Positions 25,901-44,613 are shown, numbered from the whole stretch's first letter. The stretch is 62,726 bases of DNA, filler included, from Choristocarpus tenellus KU-1152 (GCA_964200185.2; 12 parts of 12 records of this genome joined end to end with filler, not necessarily neighbours in it), one strand, 5' to 3'. Made by a program: numbers and translations. Notes: generated from the sequence alone by a model not told the origin.

Positions 25901-27297
25901 GGTGCTTGTTGATGAAGCCGCATCAGACTTACTTTCTCAACTAGGCAATACCACATCTGCGATATACAATGGAAATGTAACATTTGCGTTGGATCCTTCC
26001 TGGGGCCTCTCTGGGGAAGGGAAGGTGGAGAGGACCAACAGCTCGTTTCTTTATCATCAGGTGAAGGGATATGGTTTAGGGTTAGGGTTAGGACGGTGTG
26101 ACGAGTGTCAGCGGGCAGACTATAAAGAGGTCGTTTAAGGTTTGGTAGGACTGCATTGAAAATATACATAAGGTCATGGGTTGACAGAGTTCAAGGATGA
26201 CGTTCATCTGGATCGCACTTTATGTACCTAAGCAAAGGACAGTTTTTGTTGAGATGATGTTCACTATTGATTTCTCCAGCTCGGCTATGTTCACTGCAAG
26301 AGTGTACTTCAGGACAAAGCAGTATTTATGGTCATGCTAATGAATAGCAGTAAAGTTGCAGCGATCTATTTCTTGGGAGAGTATGGCCTTTAGGATAAAT
26401 ATGTAGACAGAGAATATGATCCCCTCATACCGTTAACAGTTACAACACCTTTGCCTGTCATGCTTTGTCCATAGTGATAAGGCCACTGTGCCCAATTATC
26501 CAGCAGTTACAATACCTTTACCCTGTTAATAAACTCGATAGACAAACTGTACCTAGAAAGGATATCTGGATAGAAGATCCTCCGTCACTGGCAATTTTAT
26601 CTAGCCTGGAATGATCCAGTGCTAAGTCCTTTGAAACTGGAAATGAAGCAGCAACATTACTGTCTAGGGAATGTTGGGCGCAGTATATCAAAATGAAACT
26701 AGTACAATATACTTGGAGAAGTAGATACTCTTGTGTTCTGTTGCCAATGGTTGAAGCCAACGAGAAAGGTTTGGGGGACAAGGACGATCAGTCCTTCAGT
26801 GGCTTGATTCACAACATACACAACATGCACAACATACACAACATACACAACATACACAACATACACAACATACACAACATACACAACATTCTCAACATAC
26901 ACAACATACACAACGTACACAACATACACAACATACACAACATACACAACATACTCAACATACTCAACATACACAACATACACAACATACACAACATACC
27001 GATCAGTTCCAGGAGCTGATGCATAATGCTCTCAACACATAATTGAATTGCCCTCATCTCAACAGCATTTGAACCACACGGGTTTTGAATTGTAGGGGAA
27101 TAGTCTTCCGAATAGTTTTGCCAGTCCACCATCCCAATGACAACATTGATTCATTTTTGGTTCCCTTGCATTACTAGGTGTTGACAACTATATCACAAGC
27201 AATGCCAACATTCCCCTTGCCAGTGAAAGCTGTACCCTGGTTGCCACAGGGGCTCATATGAGCAATGAAAGGATCCTTATAAATGTCTTTCCTTGAC
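25901..27297 (+). CDS. Possible exons of an unknown gene (25901..26060 and terminal ~27179..27297)
   Basis: AG/GT-bounded open segments VLVDEAASDLLSQLGNTTSAIYNGNVTFALDPSWG...FLYHQ and VDNYITSNANIPLASESCTLVATGAHMSNERILINVFP*; no domain recognised and the linking exon was not found. Confidence 0.3.
26809..26999. repeat. 9-bp minisatellite (ACACAACAT), about 21 copies
   Basis: Direct reading; produces the HNI/VYV/LCM ORFs. Confidence 0.9.
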
Positions 27298-27750
27298 AAT
27301 GAAAGGTATACCCTGATCACCGTGGGGACTCATACGAGCGGTGCAAGGATACTCATCGTTGTAACCGAGCCTGGGCACAATATAATAGCACCAGCCGTTT
27401 TGTCAACTACACTACTCAGGCAAGATGTCTCCTTTTTCTGACCATTTGTAGTAATAGCAATAGGAGTAACCTCGAAATGCTGATGCTATGTTGCTCATGA
27501 TCTGAAACATTGGCATGTTGCTGGGAACCTCTTTGGTGTTGAATATCGTTATCTTTATTTTGTATCACGGAGCTGATTAATGTTGACTCAATACATATTT
27601 TGAGTTTACCTTCTATAATAATAAATAGGCAGAGAGCAAGAACTGTATGCTCCTAGGGAAACACAGAAAATTGCCATGTGTAATCAATGAATTAACCACT
27701 GGAGGCGGGTAGCAAACTGCTTCCAAACGCTTGCTGTAAGGTTGGTAAAT

Positions 27751-27927
27751 GGCTCAAAGTATCTGGGAGGGGGTGCCGGCTGTCCATTTGGGGTCAATTT
27801 TTTCATGTCTCGATTTTCGGGTGATTTGGTTCCATACGTCCGATGGATAATGAAATTGTACTTTTCCTGGTTATGACTCAAATGGACACTCTGGTGTAGA
27901 CCCCCCCCCCCCCAGATGCTTTGGGTC
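27751..27927. mobile_element. MITE family A, TSD AAT
   Basis: aat-GGCTCAAAGTATCT ... AGATGCTTTGGGTC-aat. Confidence 0.88.
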
Positions 27928-28285
27928 AATAATTACAAATTTGATTTGGGGTGGGGAGAAACGGTAGAAATGGGGAGTTAGTCCCAGAATAGTGATGAGA
28001 GTATCAACTATGGCATATACTCAGATAATTTTGTCTTGTTGCATACATTGGACAATACACCTTCGTACTTGAACGGACTTCATAAAAATAGAATAAAAAT
28101 TGTGCAGCTGCAATCAGTACCTGGTGTAGCAAGTTATTGCGGCACAACAGCATACAAGTTTACAGGGCACGGGTGCCCTGCGCAAAGGTGGGCACCCGTG
28201 GAGGACACTATAAACATTTTAAGAGGGACAGTCCGCTTCTCAGCACCTCTCAATCCTCAGTTCACTGGTTTTGAGCTAGGGTTAT

Positions 28286-28490
28286 GAGGCAAAGTATCTA
28301 AATCTATGCTATCGTGTTTGTTAGGAAGTGTCAATATCCTTGGTCCGGACACACCTTTTCTTAACGTATACATTTTACCTACTCCGAAATATTTCGGCGT
28401 AGGAAAATGTCATAAAAAAAACCCCTTGGAAAGCCAAGCCCCAAATGGACAAACAGGGCAAAACTCGTACCCTCTAAGATACTTTCACCC
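28286..28490. mobile_element. MITE family B with short-arm deletion, 4-bp TSD TTAT
   Basis: ttat-GAGGCAAAGTATCT ... AGATACTTTCACCC-ttat. Confidence 0.8.
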
Positions 28491-29492
28491 TTATGCAACA
28501 TTTCTCGTTTCCTCCCTAACCCTTGATGCACTCAGCATACTTCACAAAAGAAAGTGCACAGTTGTCTCTTCCTACACCATCAAATATCCACCAACCCACC
28601 AACACTATCTAGGCATTCTATGAAGGCCTGCATCAGCCAGCTGTTCTCTTTGCTGACTTTGAGGACTGGAAAAGTGCTTCTGTTGGCTGGGTCATTCGGG
28701 GTGCTCCCGATCCAGGGGAAACTCAAATAGGGGATGGTGAAATCAAGTATTGGCAGGCACCTCGAGGGGCTCACTTTGACCCCAGGAATTTTTCCAGTCT
28801 TGGTCCAGCAGTAGCAATTGAGGTGAAGTGAACAGGACCATGTAAAAAATAGATTGTCAGACATAGCCAGGGATGAGTTCTTGGTGGGGGGTGAATCAAA
28901 CCTTAGGAATTATTTTTCTGGGGTATACATACACATTCATCCATTCTTTCAAACTTGAGCAAACTATTTTTGTATATACGTGAGCAGTACATGTGCATCA
29001 ATACCTATTCATATGATATGTATATTGTAGGCCTTGGCATGGAACATGGTGAATACCTACCCATGATCTCAGTTGTCATATTGCACACTCTTTGCTCCCA
29101 TCCCACATCAAACTGGTGGCAATCTAGAGAGAACATTTGTTCATCTTGCTGCACCCAACATTCACACCTGAGACCATGTACTCATATGCTAATCTGGAGC
29201 ATACGTTGGGTCAAAGTATCTTGGGGGGGGGGGAGGTTTGTGAGGGNNNNNNNNNNNNNNNNNNNNNNNNNNNNNNNNNNNNNNNNNNNNTTAATTAATT
29301 AANNNNNNNNNNNNNNNNNNNNNNNNNNNNNNNNNNNNNNNNNNNNTAGGAGTGTTTGGTGGGGCCCCCCCCCCCCCCCCCAAACTTGTGCAGTCCTGCC
29401 AGATGTGCTACTGGGCAACACAGTTTTTATAGTTTGTAAGGTGTTGCTCCACATATCGACGGGTTAACAATATGTATGTAATGAAGGAGTAC

Positions 29493-29579
29493 CATCTAAT
29501 CTCATCTAATCTCATCTAATCTCATCTAATCTCATCTCATCTCATTTAATCTAATCTAATCTAATCTAATCTAATCTCA
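29493..29579. repeat. (ATCTA/ATCTC)n pentamer microsatellite
   Basis: Direct reading. Confidence 0.85.
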
Positions 29580-29928
29580 CTTTCCCCAAGAACAAATTCA
29601 ACAAAAAAAACCCTCCACTAGTGGAGACCTCATAGTTGCAAACAAAATATTCTCATTTTTCGCCAAGTATTCTAGAAGAAAATGGGGCAAACCAACATCT
29701 CAGAACAGTTTTCAAATCCTGTCCTGTCTCATCTCAGAAGCGATCAAGAGCATCACAGCTTCAACCCTAATATCTTGTTCATCAACAACCCAACCCAGTT
29801 CCTAACCCAAACACTTTCACCAACCCTAACCCTCACCAACCCCATTCCCAACCCCAACCCCACCCCAGACACTCTCTTCCATGAACCCCATTCCCACCAA
29901 ACCCTCCCTCCCCCACCCCCCAGCTTAC

Positions 29929-34095
<4,167 letters not shown>

Positions 34096-35919
34096 CTGTT
34101 ATGCACAAAAAAGGTACAGCATCAGCAAAGGGGTACTGCTACCATTCAACAACACATAAACAGCAATAAAAACAAAAAGGTACATCAACAACAGAGAGAG
34201 TACACGTAACACAAAACACCCTACACACACACAACGCACTAGGCGCTGGTCCCAATCCTTGCAGGCAAAAAAAAAAAAGAGATAAATTATGCACACTACA
34301 CTTCACCCCAAGAGTTCACCACAAGAGTTCATCACAAGAGTTCAACACAGACCGACCATCCGGTACCAAAATCTCATTCCCTGGTCGGGAAACAAGAGCA
34401 CTCTTGCGCAACTCTTGCGTGACCTTCCTTTCGCATAACCTTTTGAGTGACCATGAAAAAAAAACAAAAACAGCGAGGACGGCAACGCAATGCTCGCATA
34501 ATTCAATTTAATTCGAGACAGTCCGCGACAGTCGTACCTCCAATCCCCCTCAAATCCTCAAAACAGTGGCTTACCAATACCTAAACAATTTGATCACAAC
34601 AACCTTGGGAAAAAAAAAAAAAAATCAGGGTTGGCGAGGGGCAGAGTTAGTTGCCCTAACCACGAGAGAACCAAGAGGGGGGGGGGGGGGGGGGGNNNNN
34701 NNNNNNNNNNNNNNNNNNNNNNNNNNNNNNNNNNNNNNNTTAATTAATTAANNNNNNNNNNNNNNNNNNNNNNNNNNNNNNNNNNNNNNNNNNNNGGGGA
34801 GGGGGGGGGGGGGTTCAATGCACAAAAGGGCTTGTGTTGCTGGAACAAACAAGGGATCATTCCTCCATAAGAGCGTTCTGCATTTGGTTCTGTAACATAA
34901 CATCATAGTATCATAGTAACATAGTTATCATAACATCAAGGTGTCAAAAAAACAAAAGAAAAAAAAAACGTATCTAAACTGTATCAATTGAATGTTGGCC
35001 ATCACAAGCAGCAGTTAAAAAAAAATCAACAAAAGAACAGGTTAACAGGTAGTATCAGTAATATTGTAAAGAACAGGTTAACAGGTAGTATCAGTAGTAT
35101 TGTAAAGAAAAGGTAGGCGTTGTTGATACTCTTCGATAAAGCGTTACTCAACACACCAATCAACACTAGTATCGACAACGTTATTCCACTCATTTCTTTC
35201 AGGGCTTTCTTCTTTCTTCTTTTTCTTTCTTCTTCTAAAAAATGATTACAAATTTCGATTTCAGAACCAAATTCGTGTAAAAAAAATCCATGCTCATCAA
35301 AAATATTATCAAAACAACCAACAAATAGGATCAATAGTTATTTTTTTGATTTCATACAGAAGCACCTTATCCACATGGATCTTACAAGCCCCCCCCCCCC
35401 CCCCCCCAACACAAAAAAACANNNNNNNNNNTTTATTTATAAAAAAACACCCTATCCAAAAAGGTATTAACAAACCCCCCCCCCCCCCCAACATCAACAA
35501 AACATCATTAGCTCTACAGCATTAATATCAAGGGTTCAAACTGCATTAAATTTAAATTTACATTTATAATTTAACATTATCAGGTCATACCAAACCATAC
35601 CATACCATCCACTCCACCCCTGTCCCATCGCCTTTTCATGTTGTGCAGACTAAGTTTATCACAGTCCCTTTTCTCACCAAACAAAAAATATTAATAAAAC
35701 ATGCAACAATAGTATTAAAATAAAAACAAGATCATTGTTCTTAATTAACAAAAATATTCTTATCATGATCATTATCTTACTATAATTATTCTCATTACAC
35801 TCTTCTACTATTACTATTCCTATTACAATCATTTTATCATTATTATTCTAATCAAATAATTCATTTTTACCATTATTCTTATTATTATAATCATTCTTTT
35901 TTTACCATCGTCAACTTGC

Positions 35920-37556
35920 CTGGAAGCTATGGACCGTGTTGAGGTAGGGCAGTCGTGGAGGAAGCCACATGACGGTGAGACTACTATGTGATTTGGACAC
36001 CAGATAGGGTGCTGACGGCTCTCTGAACTGTGACAGGCGACTACCAGGTCCAACGATAAGGGAAGTGTTGAGCCTCTTGAGCCACTGCACAAGGGCCTCA
36101 TCCTTGGCAAAAGATAAAAGGTATACCTGTTCTTGGTACGAGGGATAAAAAAAATAAGGGCGGGGAAGGCGGGGGGGGGGGAGGGGGGTGTCGACTTTCT
36201 TCTATTCCAAGTTTACTTTTTAGATACAGATCAGAGGGTGAAGGTAGGGTCATTTAACCTTCCTAGGTAGACATTCTTATTGGTATTGGTTTTACAATAC
36301 CACTCTATAATACACTGGAATATGCAAACCCTGACCCTGACCCTAATCCTAACCCTAGAGGGACCGCCAACAAAAGAAGAAAAATACACTCCAGGATAAT
36401 TTTCGTAAGCAAGGGTGCAGTGGAGTAGACAAAAACAGGTACAGCAAACAAAAACAAGTCAGATACATACACATTACGCAACCCTCTGACCAAATCAGGT
36501 ACATGATGACACGAGGCGCCTGCTAAAATCATACCGTGTTAATGGTATGATAAAACCACACCGTGCCCATCCCTGCCAAGGTATGGTAAAACCACCCCCA
36601 CATCACCCAACAGTCTCCACCCCCATTTGGGTCAAACATTGTACCTGGTCTTGTCTATATTCTATACACACCATCTTAGTTGGATGAACAGCAAATGCAA
36701 ACCTTCCTTCTTTCTCCCCCTCCCCCTCCCCTAAAAAAAATACACAACACGAGTTCTAACCCCAACTCTAACCCTAACTCTAACTCATATATACTCACCC
36801 ACAGACAGCCTGCTAACAACACCACACCGGAAACGCTTCTTTTTCTTTTTCTTTTTTCTTTTTTCTCTTTACTCTTTACTAGGACCATTACTCTCTTCAC
36901 ACACACACACACACCCCCAAAAAAAAAATAAAAATAAAAAATCATACAACAAACATCGCCACCCAAAAACCCAGTACCAATAACCAATCAGGATGGGGGA
37001 CGAAAGAGAGAGAGAGGAAGAGAGGGAGTTCAGAAAGGTGCACATATGTGCAGTGCGTGGCGTGTGATTGGATGGAAGGATCGTAATGTTCGTCCAATCA
37101 GAGTGTACTCTCTCTCTCTCTCTCTCTTCCAATGGCCGAAATCAGGTACAAAATTAATATATTTTTTGAGCAAAATAAATAAATAAATATATATATTGGA
37201 AATGAGAGTTGTGAGTGGTGCAGGGAGGAGACAGAAAGGGTGGAGTATGGTACCTGACCAGCATGGGGGTAAGAATGGGTGTATGACGGTTTCAACAGGG
37301 GTCTCGTGGTGATGGAGGGGTCCCATTCTTCAACTTTTTCCCGCTATACCCGTTTTTGACCAAAAATGGCACAGATATACCTGTTCTTGCCCACTCTCCT
37401 AAAGTGGACGCAGTTGTGCTCACCTGACGTAAAATATAAAAAAAAATATATATTTTCGGGCATGTGTGTTCCACCTCCCACCCACACCCCCTTTGCACAT
37501 CAACAGAGTTGAACCTATGCACGACTTCAAGTACATAACTGTTGTTTTACTCAGAT

Positions 37557-37627
<71 letters not shown>

Positions 37628-39045
37628 TAACACACATCTTTTAATTGTTAGGTGTTTATCTGAGGAGAGATGCCGTGTACGTGTTTGCGTGTGTTTAAAA
37701 AAATAAAATATATATCGCTCTCTTATCTAGAACATTAAGAAAAAAACTGGGAACAAACTTCTTTCCATAGGAAATGGTATGTAGAATCCTAACCCTAATG
37801 CTATTTCCAAGTACATTAATATGGCAATTTAAGTACCACGATACAGTTCATCAGAAGACCAACTCTCTTACATATTATATTCTTCAATCACTTTAACCCT
37901 AACCCTAACTCTATTTCCAAGATAAAAAAAGAAAAAACATGCCACGATACTTTTCATCACACAATCATTTTTTTCATCTTTTACACTTCATAAATAAAGA
38001 CTCTAACTCTAACTCTAACCCCAACCCTAACCCCAACCCTCTTTCCCAAGTACAATAGGAAGTATGTGTCACAAACGACATTTTCATCGGGCGACCCATT
38101 CCTTTAAAAAAATAAAAATAAAAATTGTTCCCTATTTTTCCCTCTTTCAAAGGCAACCTACCTGTCCATCATTAGTCACCATACGGAGGTCCTTATGACC
38201 TTGCTCGCTTGATCTCGTTGTTGCCACCAGTTTCACCTATTATAATTAAAAAAAAATATTACGACCAATGAAAAGAATCGTTGGCTGGGCTGACAGGGTA
38301 CAATTTTGATGGACTAATTTTATTATTATTATTTAATATTGTCAAAATCAAGATCATACAGAAAAGCTTCTTACTTCAATGGCAAAAAAATAATTGATGT
38401 AACTACCAATACTGCATATTTAAAAATTATAAGTTGAAAAATCATATATATATGTATGACTTATTATTTAACTGAGATAAAAAAGTGTACCTACTGCATC
38501 ACAAAGAGTATTGGACAAGACCATAGATTTCTAGTGACTGACAAAAGAAGGTTATGTGTACCTCTTTTTGTCACCAAAATGTTAGATGTACCTCTTGGTC
38601 TTAATAATTAAAAAAAACTGCAGTAACATCACGGTTTTTGAGCTGAAAAAGGTATACCTCATGTAATCACAAAGCATTTGATGTACCTGCAGATACAAAT
38701 AAATGACTAAACAAGGTATACCTCATTTTCCACAAAAAATGCTCAATGTAACTACAATTAAGATATTCATAACTCACTAAAAAAAGGTTTACCTCTACAT
38801 TACAACAAAAACAGCTTTCACAAAAAAAATGAAGGCAAGAAAAAAAAAAGAAACCCCTTTCTATAGCGATCGAACGCACGCTCAGTACACGCAGACACAC
38901 AAGACACACAAGACACACAAGAGACCAGACCTTGGTCATGTCCACCCTGCTCGCAGGAGATGGGTCATAACCGGCGGAGGTCTCCGTGATGTGCCCTTTA
39001 GGGTTATGGCAGACAAGCTCGCTCCCATGCAGGTCACAGAACAAC
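35920..39045 (-). CDS. Probable PH-domain + fibronectin type III protein, exons 38931..39045, 38162..38236, 35920..36102 (small exons probably missing)
   Basis: RLFCDLHGSELVCH...VDMTK/VKLV...DLRMVTNDG.../DEALVQWLKRLN (PH C-terminal helix Trp) then PSAPYLVSKSHSSLTVMWLPP (FN3 strands A-B). Confidence 0.55.
37561..37624. repeat. (GT)n microsatellite
   Basis: Direct reading. Confidence 0.9.
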
Positions 39046-39454
39046 CTGTTAATATTACAGGTAAAACACATTAATATTATTATTATTATTATTATTATTA
39101 TCAATATTATATTTTTATAGTATATATATATACATCGTTGGCCCATGGGTATGACTGCTACCACGATACTGCAGTATACAGTAAGATAATGTTAATAATG
39201 TAATAATAATAATATTATTATAATGTTTAGAAACTGTCGAGAAGTTCAGGCTCAGTCTCAGGCTCAGGCTCAGGCTCATGTTGCAGCTTGAGTTCAGGTT
39301 CAAGATCCGGTTTGGCTTCACAGTCTCTCCCCAATCCCTGCACCCATTTTCAATGTCCTCATTGTGAAAGAATGTGTAGAATCCCAAGTCTTGATATTGA
39401 AATATGTAGATTGATTCCTTCTCAGTTATGTTGTAGGAGGTAGAACGTTGGAGT

Positions 39455-39633
39455 GGTCCAAAGTATCTGGGGGGAGGGGGGAATCTACACCAGGATGCCC
39501 TTTAGGACCAAAATCAGGAAAAGCGCAATTACATTATCCATCCGACGTATGCAACCAAATCACTCAAAAATCGCGGCATGAAAAAATTGACCCCTAATGG
39601 ACGGCCGCCATCCCCCTCCAGATACTTTGACCC
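39455..39633. mobile_element. MITE family A (reverse orientation), TSD AGT
   Basis: agt-GGTCCAAAGTATCT ... AGATACTTTGACCC-agt. Confidence 0.88.
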
Positions 39634-40263
39634 AGTGAGATACAGCATTCAAGAAGGGGAGGTAGATGAACGTTTCAGTCATCCCTCATCACTAATATCT
39701 CATCGCTCGATCTGTGTTACTGACTACAATATTCTTTTTCCAGGATTCTTCTTATGATACTACAATAACCTGCATGTTGTTCTCTCAATCACTCAACAGA
39801 AAGATTCCTATCAACTATCCAGTTATCCAACAGTTACATCCAATGCCACTAAAATGATCTAACTCATTGTTTCCTGAATAACTATTTTCCCACATTAATT
39901 TAAAGCATAATCTTAACACTCATTCCTGACCCCCCCCTCCTCCCCCCCCCCGCACAACCCCCCCCCCACCTCCAACCCCCTCCCCCCCACTCCACCCCCG
40001 CCTCCCCTCACNNNNNNNNNNNNNNNNNNNNNNNNNNNNNNNNNNNNNNNNNNNNTTAATTAATTAANNNNNNNNNNNNNNNNNNNNNNNNNNNNNNNNN
40101 NNNNNNNNNNNGGGGTTGGGTGGGGCTGTCCGTTTCGGTCAAACAATTTTTTTTTTGCTGACATTTCAAATCCGACACGTGCGACTAAATCACACCAAAA
40201 AAGTGAAAATCGAAAAAAGGGTGAAAACCGGACGCCGACACCCCCCCCCGGATACTTTGACCC

Positions 40264-40388
40264 AATAATAAAAAGAGCTTACCCTAACCAGAAATTCGTC
40301 ATGGATTCCAGATCGCCTTTCAGAAATGAATTTCATCATTATCAAAAGTTAATGACAACGCAGCACAGACTTATGGCACGGAGGTAAG
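40264..40388 (+). mobile_element. 3' terminal fragment of the mariner-like element, abutting a MITE-A end (40112..40263)
   Basis: Matches 13084-13207 and 21180-21310; ends GCACGGAGGTAAG+TA. Confidence 0.8.
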
Positions 40389-41119
40389 TACAAGACACAT
40401 GTCTTTTCCTCGAACAGATGTATCACTATCCAACATATCACAGACTCCAAAACCTTTCAGGCGCATTTTTCACTGATGTACCTCCATACGCCCCCCATAC
40501 TTTAAATATGATATTTATCTATTGTCCTTTTCATTTGACAGCAACCAGAAGAAAATCACCCACGGAAGTATATTACTTCTGACTGACTAGTACCACTACT
40601 TTCAAATATTCCTCAATTTTCGCCAAACCATGGTTGCAAGGATGACAACTCATTCGCATCTCCTGCTTTCTTTGCTGTCGTGCTTTGTACAGTATTTGAG
40701 ACCTTAGATTAAGCAATAACAGCACTGGCTGACGTACCTAGCAACAACAACAAGAACCAGAAGTAACCTTGCTCTGGTACCACCTCTTCTTGTAGATCAA
40801 ATGCAACTCACTTCAAACTGAGAGCTTCTCGTGTGCGGCCTTCGACTTGTTCCATCCCAACAGAGTGGATCGGTCATAGCTCAAAATGAGTTGATGGGCA
40901 TTATGGACAGATTCATACCTCGATGTCAAGATTATGCTTGACCAGTTGTGAGAATATGATTTGAAGTATTATTTTATGTACGCATAGATGATGATGCGGG
41001 ACATTTGGGATATTTAGGCGGGGTATTTGACCAGAAGTAATCGGCGGACTATTAGAGTCGGAGTGTTTCTGACGTGTACTAGAGAAACAGTGAGTCATTT
41101 GGTAGTCTGAGTCATTCAA

Positions 41120-43887
41120 TGTTAGGATCGGTGAGCCCCACCTAGTGCAGGTATCTCACTCTCTTCTCAACTATGGTGCAAGCTAATAAATAATAATATT
41201 ACTAGTTGTGTGGGACAACAGATCGTCAAGCACAGCTTAACCTGCTATAGCACCTATTTAAGCGTGCTTGCGTAATTATTATACTTGGATTTTAGCTATC
41301 ACCAGGAAGGAGTCAAGATAAATCACAATGCCCAGATCAAGAATCGATTCAAGTCTGAACTCCATTGATGACGGAATGGACGAACTGACTATGACCTGGG
41401 AGGGGGGTGAGATACATTATGGGATATCAGCTTCGCAAGGGGGCGAGGCTAGGGTTGGGGCAAGAGATACGGTGGCCATGGGGGCTAGACCCGTATTCAC
41501 CCCGAAATTGGAGCAGTATTCTTCGAAACAACCTGAGTTTAAGGGGGAACCAGGGATGTGGAGGAAATGGAGCAAAACGTTTCTTACACACGCTCTCTCA
41601 TTGGGATGGAGGGAGCCATTAGTTACAAAAGAACATTTGAGGGTACTGTCATTGGAGTATTCCCCGACGGGTGTGGATCCTTATCTGCACCATGTGACGA
41701 CGTATGCTATCAATGGACTGCAGGAGGCAACAGCAGGACCTGCGTTGGACATCGTGCTGACGTACGAGTCACCGAGTGAGGCGTTCGCCACACTGGTGAA
41801 GAGCTATGCCCATTCAGGCCAGACTGAGAGAAATCTGGTGAAAAGGAAATTGATGGACATGTTTCTGGAACCTGGAGGAGATCCTGCGAACATTATTTAC
41901 CAGTAGGAGGCTCTCATAATGGAGTTGAAGAGCTTGGAAGGTAACGTTACGGAGGAAGATCGAGTGGGTTGGCTTCAAAATTCACTTGACGAGGAGTATC
42001 TAGACATCATGTCCCAGATTGATGATGAAGGATCGGCGGAAGGAAGGATTAAATTGGAAAGATTAGTCCTAAAGAGATATAGACTGCGCTCCATTCAAAG
42101 AGGATCGGACTCGGCTGGGGTGAGAGCTGGCGCACTGGTGGCTGGACGACAATCCAGACGAAAAGGTGGAGAACCCAGCTGCTGGGAATGTGGTGGACCT
42201 CACTTTCGGTCTAAGTGTCCTCTCATCAAGAGTCAGAAGGCGAGGGATGGGGGTATTATATGTTTTGTATGCGGGGAAAAGGGACATCAAAGCTTCGAAT
42301 GTCCACAAAGAAAATTGGGAGCGTCAAGGGGTCAGGAATCTTCGAACATCCAGAAGAAGAAGAATCGGATGGGGGGGAATGGTTCTAAGAACAAGGGAAG
42401 CGGACCAAAGTTGGATGGATCTGGCGATGGACAACCGAGACTGGCGGGGTTTTCAGTAACCAATCAAGTGAGTTATCTTGCTGGTAAGGTAAATCACTTC
42501 CTTTCAAGAGGCCATCATGGGTTGAGGTTTGGATTTGGGACAGTGGAGCCACACATAATTTTACGACGACCAATAAAACATGTTCAATTGGGAATCTTGT
42601 GATGGAACAGTTGCAGTTGGAGGTGGTGGAATACTTAACATTGTGGGAAAGGGGGACATCAAATTGGAATGTGTTCTGAGTGGTAAACTGGAAACTGTGG
42701 TGTTTACTAACGTATTTGTGGTGCATGACCTTGGTGTGAACTTGTATTTTGCCAAGGCTTGCATGTGAGATGGACACAGTTTCCGGTCTATTGACTCCAC
42801 TAGAATATTGACTTATAGGGACAACGGGGAAAGAAATCTCACCTTCACGCCATTGGGGAAGGAGGAATTATTCTCCCTAGGGATGCACAGAGTGGGTGTG
42901 AGGAATAGCTCCGATTCTACTAATATGATGCAATGTCCGTTTCTGGCAAAACAAGCATTCACTTGATCCGGAAAACTGCATCGAGGGATGTGAATTAGCT
43001 GCACACGCGATTAGGTGATGTTCATCAGGGGTTGGACAGGAAAGACGCTTCGGCGCAGAATATTTTGTTAACTGGAACATGGGAACTATCTTGTCGAGGT
43101 TGCCCACTCGGCAAGGGTCATAGACATCCAAATCCACAGGAGATGGAGAATCGTGCTTCGGAAAAGAGGGAAGATGTTTATGTGGACTCGACTGGAATGA
43201 ATGCAACGTCAGAGGAGGAGGGTGTGATGTCTGATGATCTCGCCCAGGAGGGGGCTAGAGGAGTCGATTTCGTACAGAATGAGACCAGAGGTATCAACCT
43301 AACCCATGCTGGGGCTAGAGATGTCGATCTCACTCAAGAGGGGAGTGGAGGTGATGTCGATTGTGGAGGATCGATGTTTGACACTACTACATCAGTGGAT
43401 GATACCGTAGCGAAGTGGACGCTTTCCCCTGAGGGGGTTAAAGTTAATGTCATTGTCCCAGAGGGGATTGTTGGAGGGGAGGGAGCTACCCCAAAGATGG
43501 CTCCGCCAGAGTTTGATCCAGGGGGGTCAACTAGTCCGAAAGCAACGTCAGCGGAGGATGTTGTAGCATTTGTTGAGCTCGCACAGGGTGGGGCAGGAGC
43601 ATTTGTCACTGCCCCATGGGGCTGAGTGGGGATGGAATCTTGGAAGAGAAACAAGACGACTTTGGGCTGAGCACTGAAGATTTGATACTGGAGGAAATTT
43701 CTATGGGATCGGAAAAAGAGGTTCCAGAGGAAAAGATTTCAAAAGGCGTGTCTTCGGAAAAAGTGAGTTTGAATTTGGAAAATGGAAGTACTGATGGGAT
43801 GCTGAACACTGGTGCTGGTGGTATGGATCCACCTACGTCACAGCAGGGGAGTGGTGGAAAGTTGTTACTGCAACTAGTGGATCATAA
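41120..43887 (+). mobile_element. Ty1/Copia LTR retrotransposon, defective and internally deleted
   Basis: Putative 101-bp LTR TGTT..AACA (41120..41220); gag 41328..42500 with zinc knuckles CWECGGPHFRSKC and CFVCGEKGHQSFEC; protease WIWDSGATHNF; LHTRLG and CRGCPLGK integrase N-terminus, then VYVDS breaks off; stops and frameshifts. Confidence 0.88.
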
Positions 43888-44613
43888 GACCCAAAGTATC
43901 TGGGGGGGTGNNNNNNNNNNNNNNNNNNNNNNNNNNNNNNNNNNNNNNNNNNNNTTAATTAATTAANNNNNNNNNNNNNNNNNNNNNNNNNNNNNNNNNN
44001 NNNNNNNNNNGGGAGCAGCACGAAAAGGGGGAGGAGGGAGAAGGGTGGGGAGGGGTGGCGGGAGTGTGAGGAGGTTTAAAATGGGAGTGAGATATAATAA
44101 GGTAGAGTGCAGATTGAAACTAGATGAAGTGGAGGCAAGATATGTGGATGAGAACACAAAAGCCCAACCTCCTTTGATCCATCACCCCCAAAATATGTAT
44201 CACCCAACAAAAAGGTACACGTAAACCCCAGTTATGTAGAATAGGCAGGTGGTCAGGGTTAGGGATAGTGCTTTGCTTTGCCCAGTATGTGTAGATATCA
44301 CAGCCTGTCCAGCCTCAAATCAGGCCCAAGGCTTCCATCCTTCCTCACGGTGCTCAGAGCTCCACATCTCAAACCAATCCACATCATGACTGTGGTATCA
44401 CCGTACTGTTAGTATCAAAGGGGCAAGTCTTGCACCAAACCAACAAACCAACAAAATGTCATTCGTCTCAATTACAATCAAAGCTTCATCAGGTCTGGTC
44501 AACACATGACCTAGGGGACATCAAAATACAGTTGGGGAAACTCTAGTTGACTACAGAGTTAGTGAGTGTAGTGGGGTGGGGAAGGGGAAGGGGGATAAAG
44601 AAAGTATACACCA

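Noticed and set aside
26693-27132. HNI/VYV/LCM repeat ORFs as a metal-binding peptide
   Set aside because: A 9-bp minisatellite open in several frames, with no convincing splice context.
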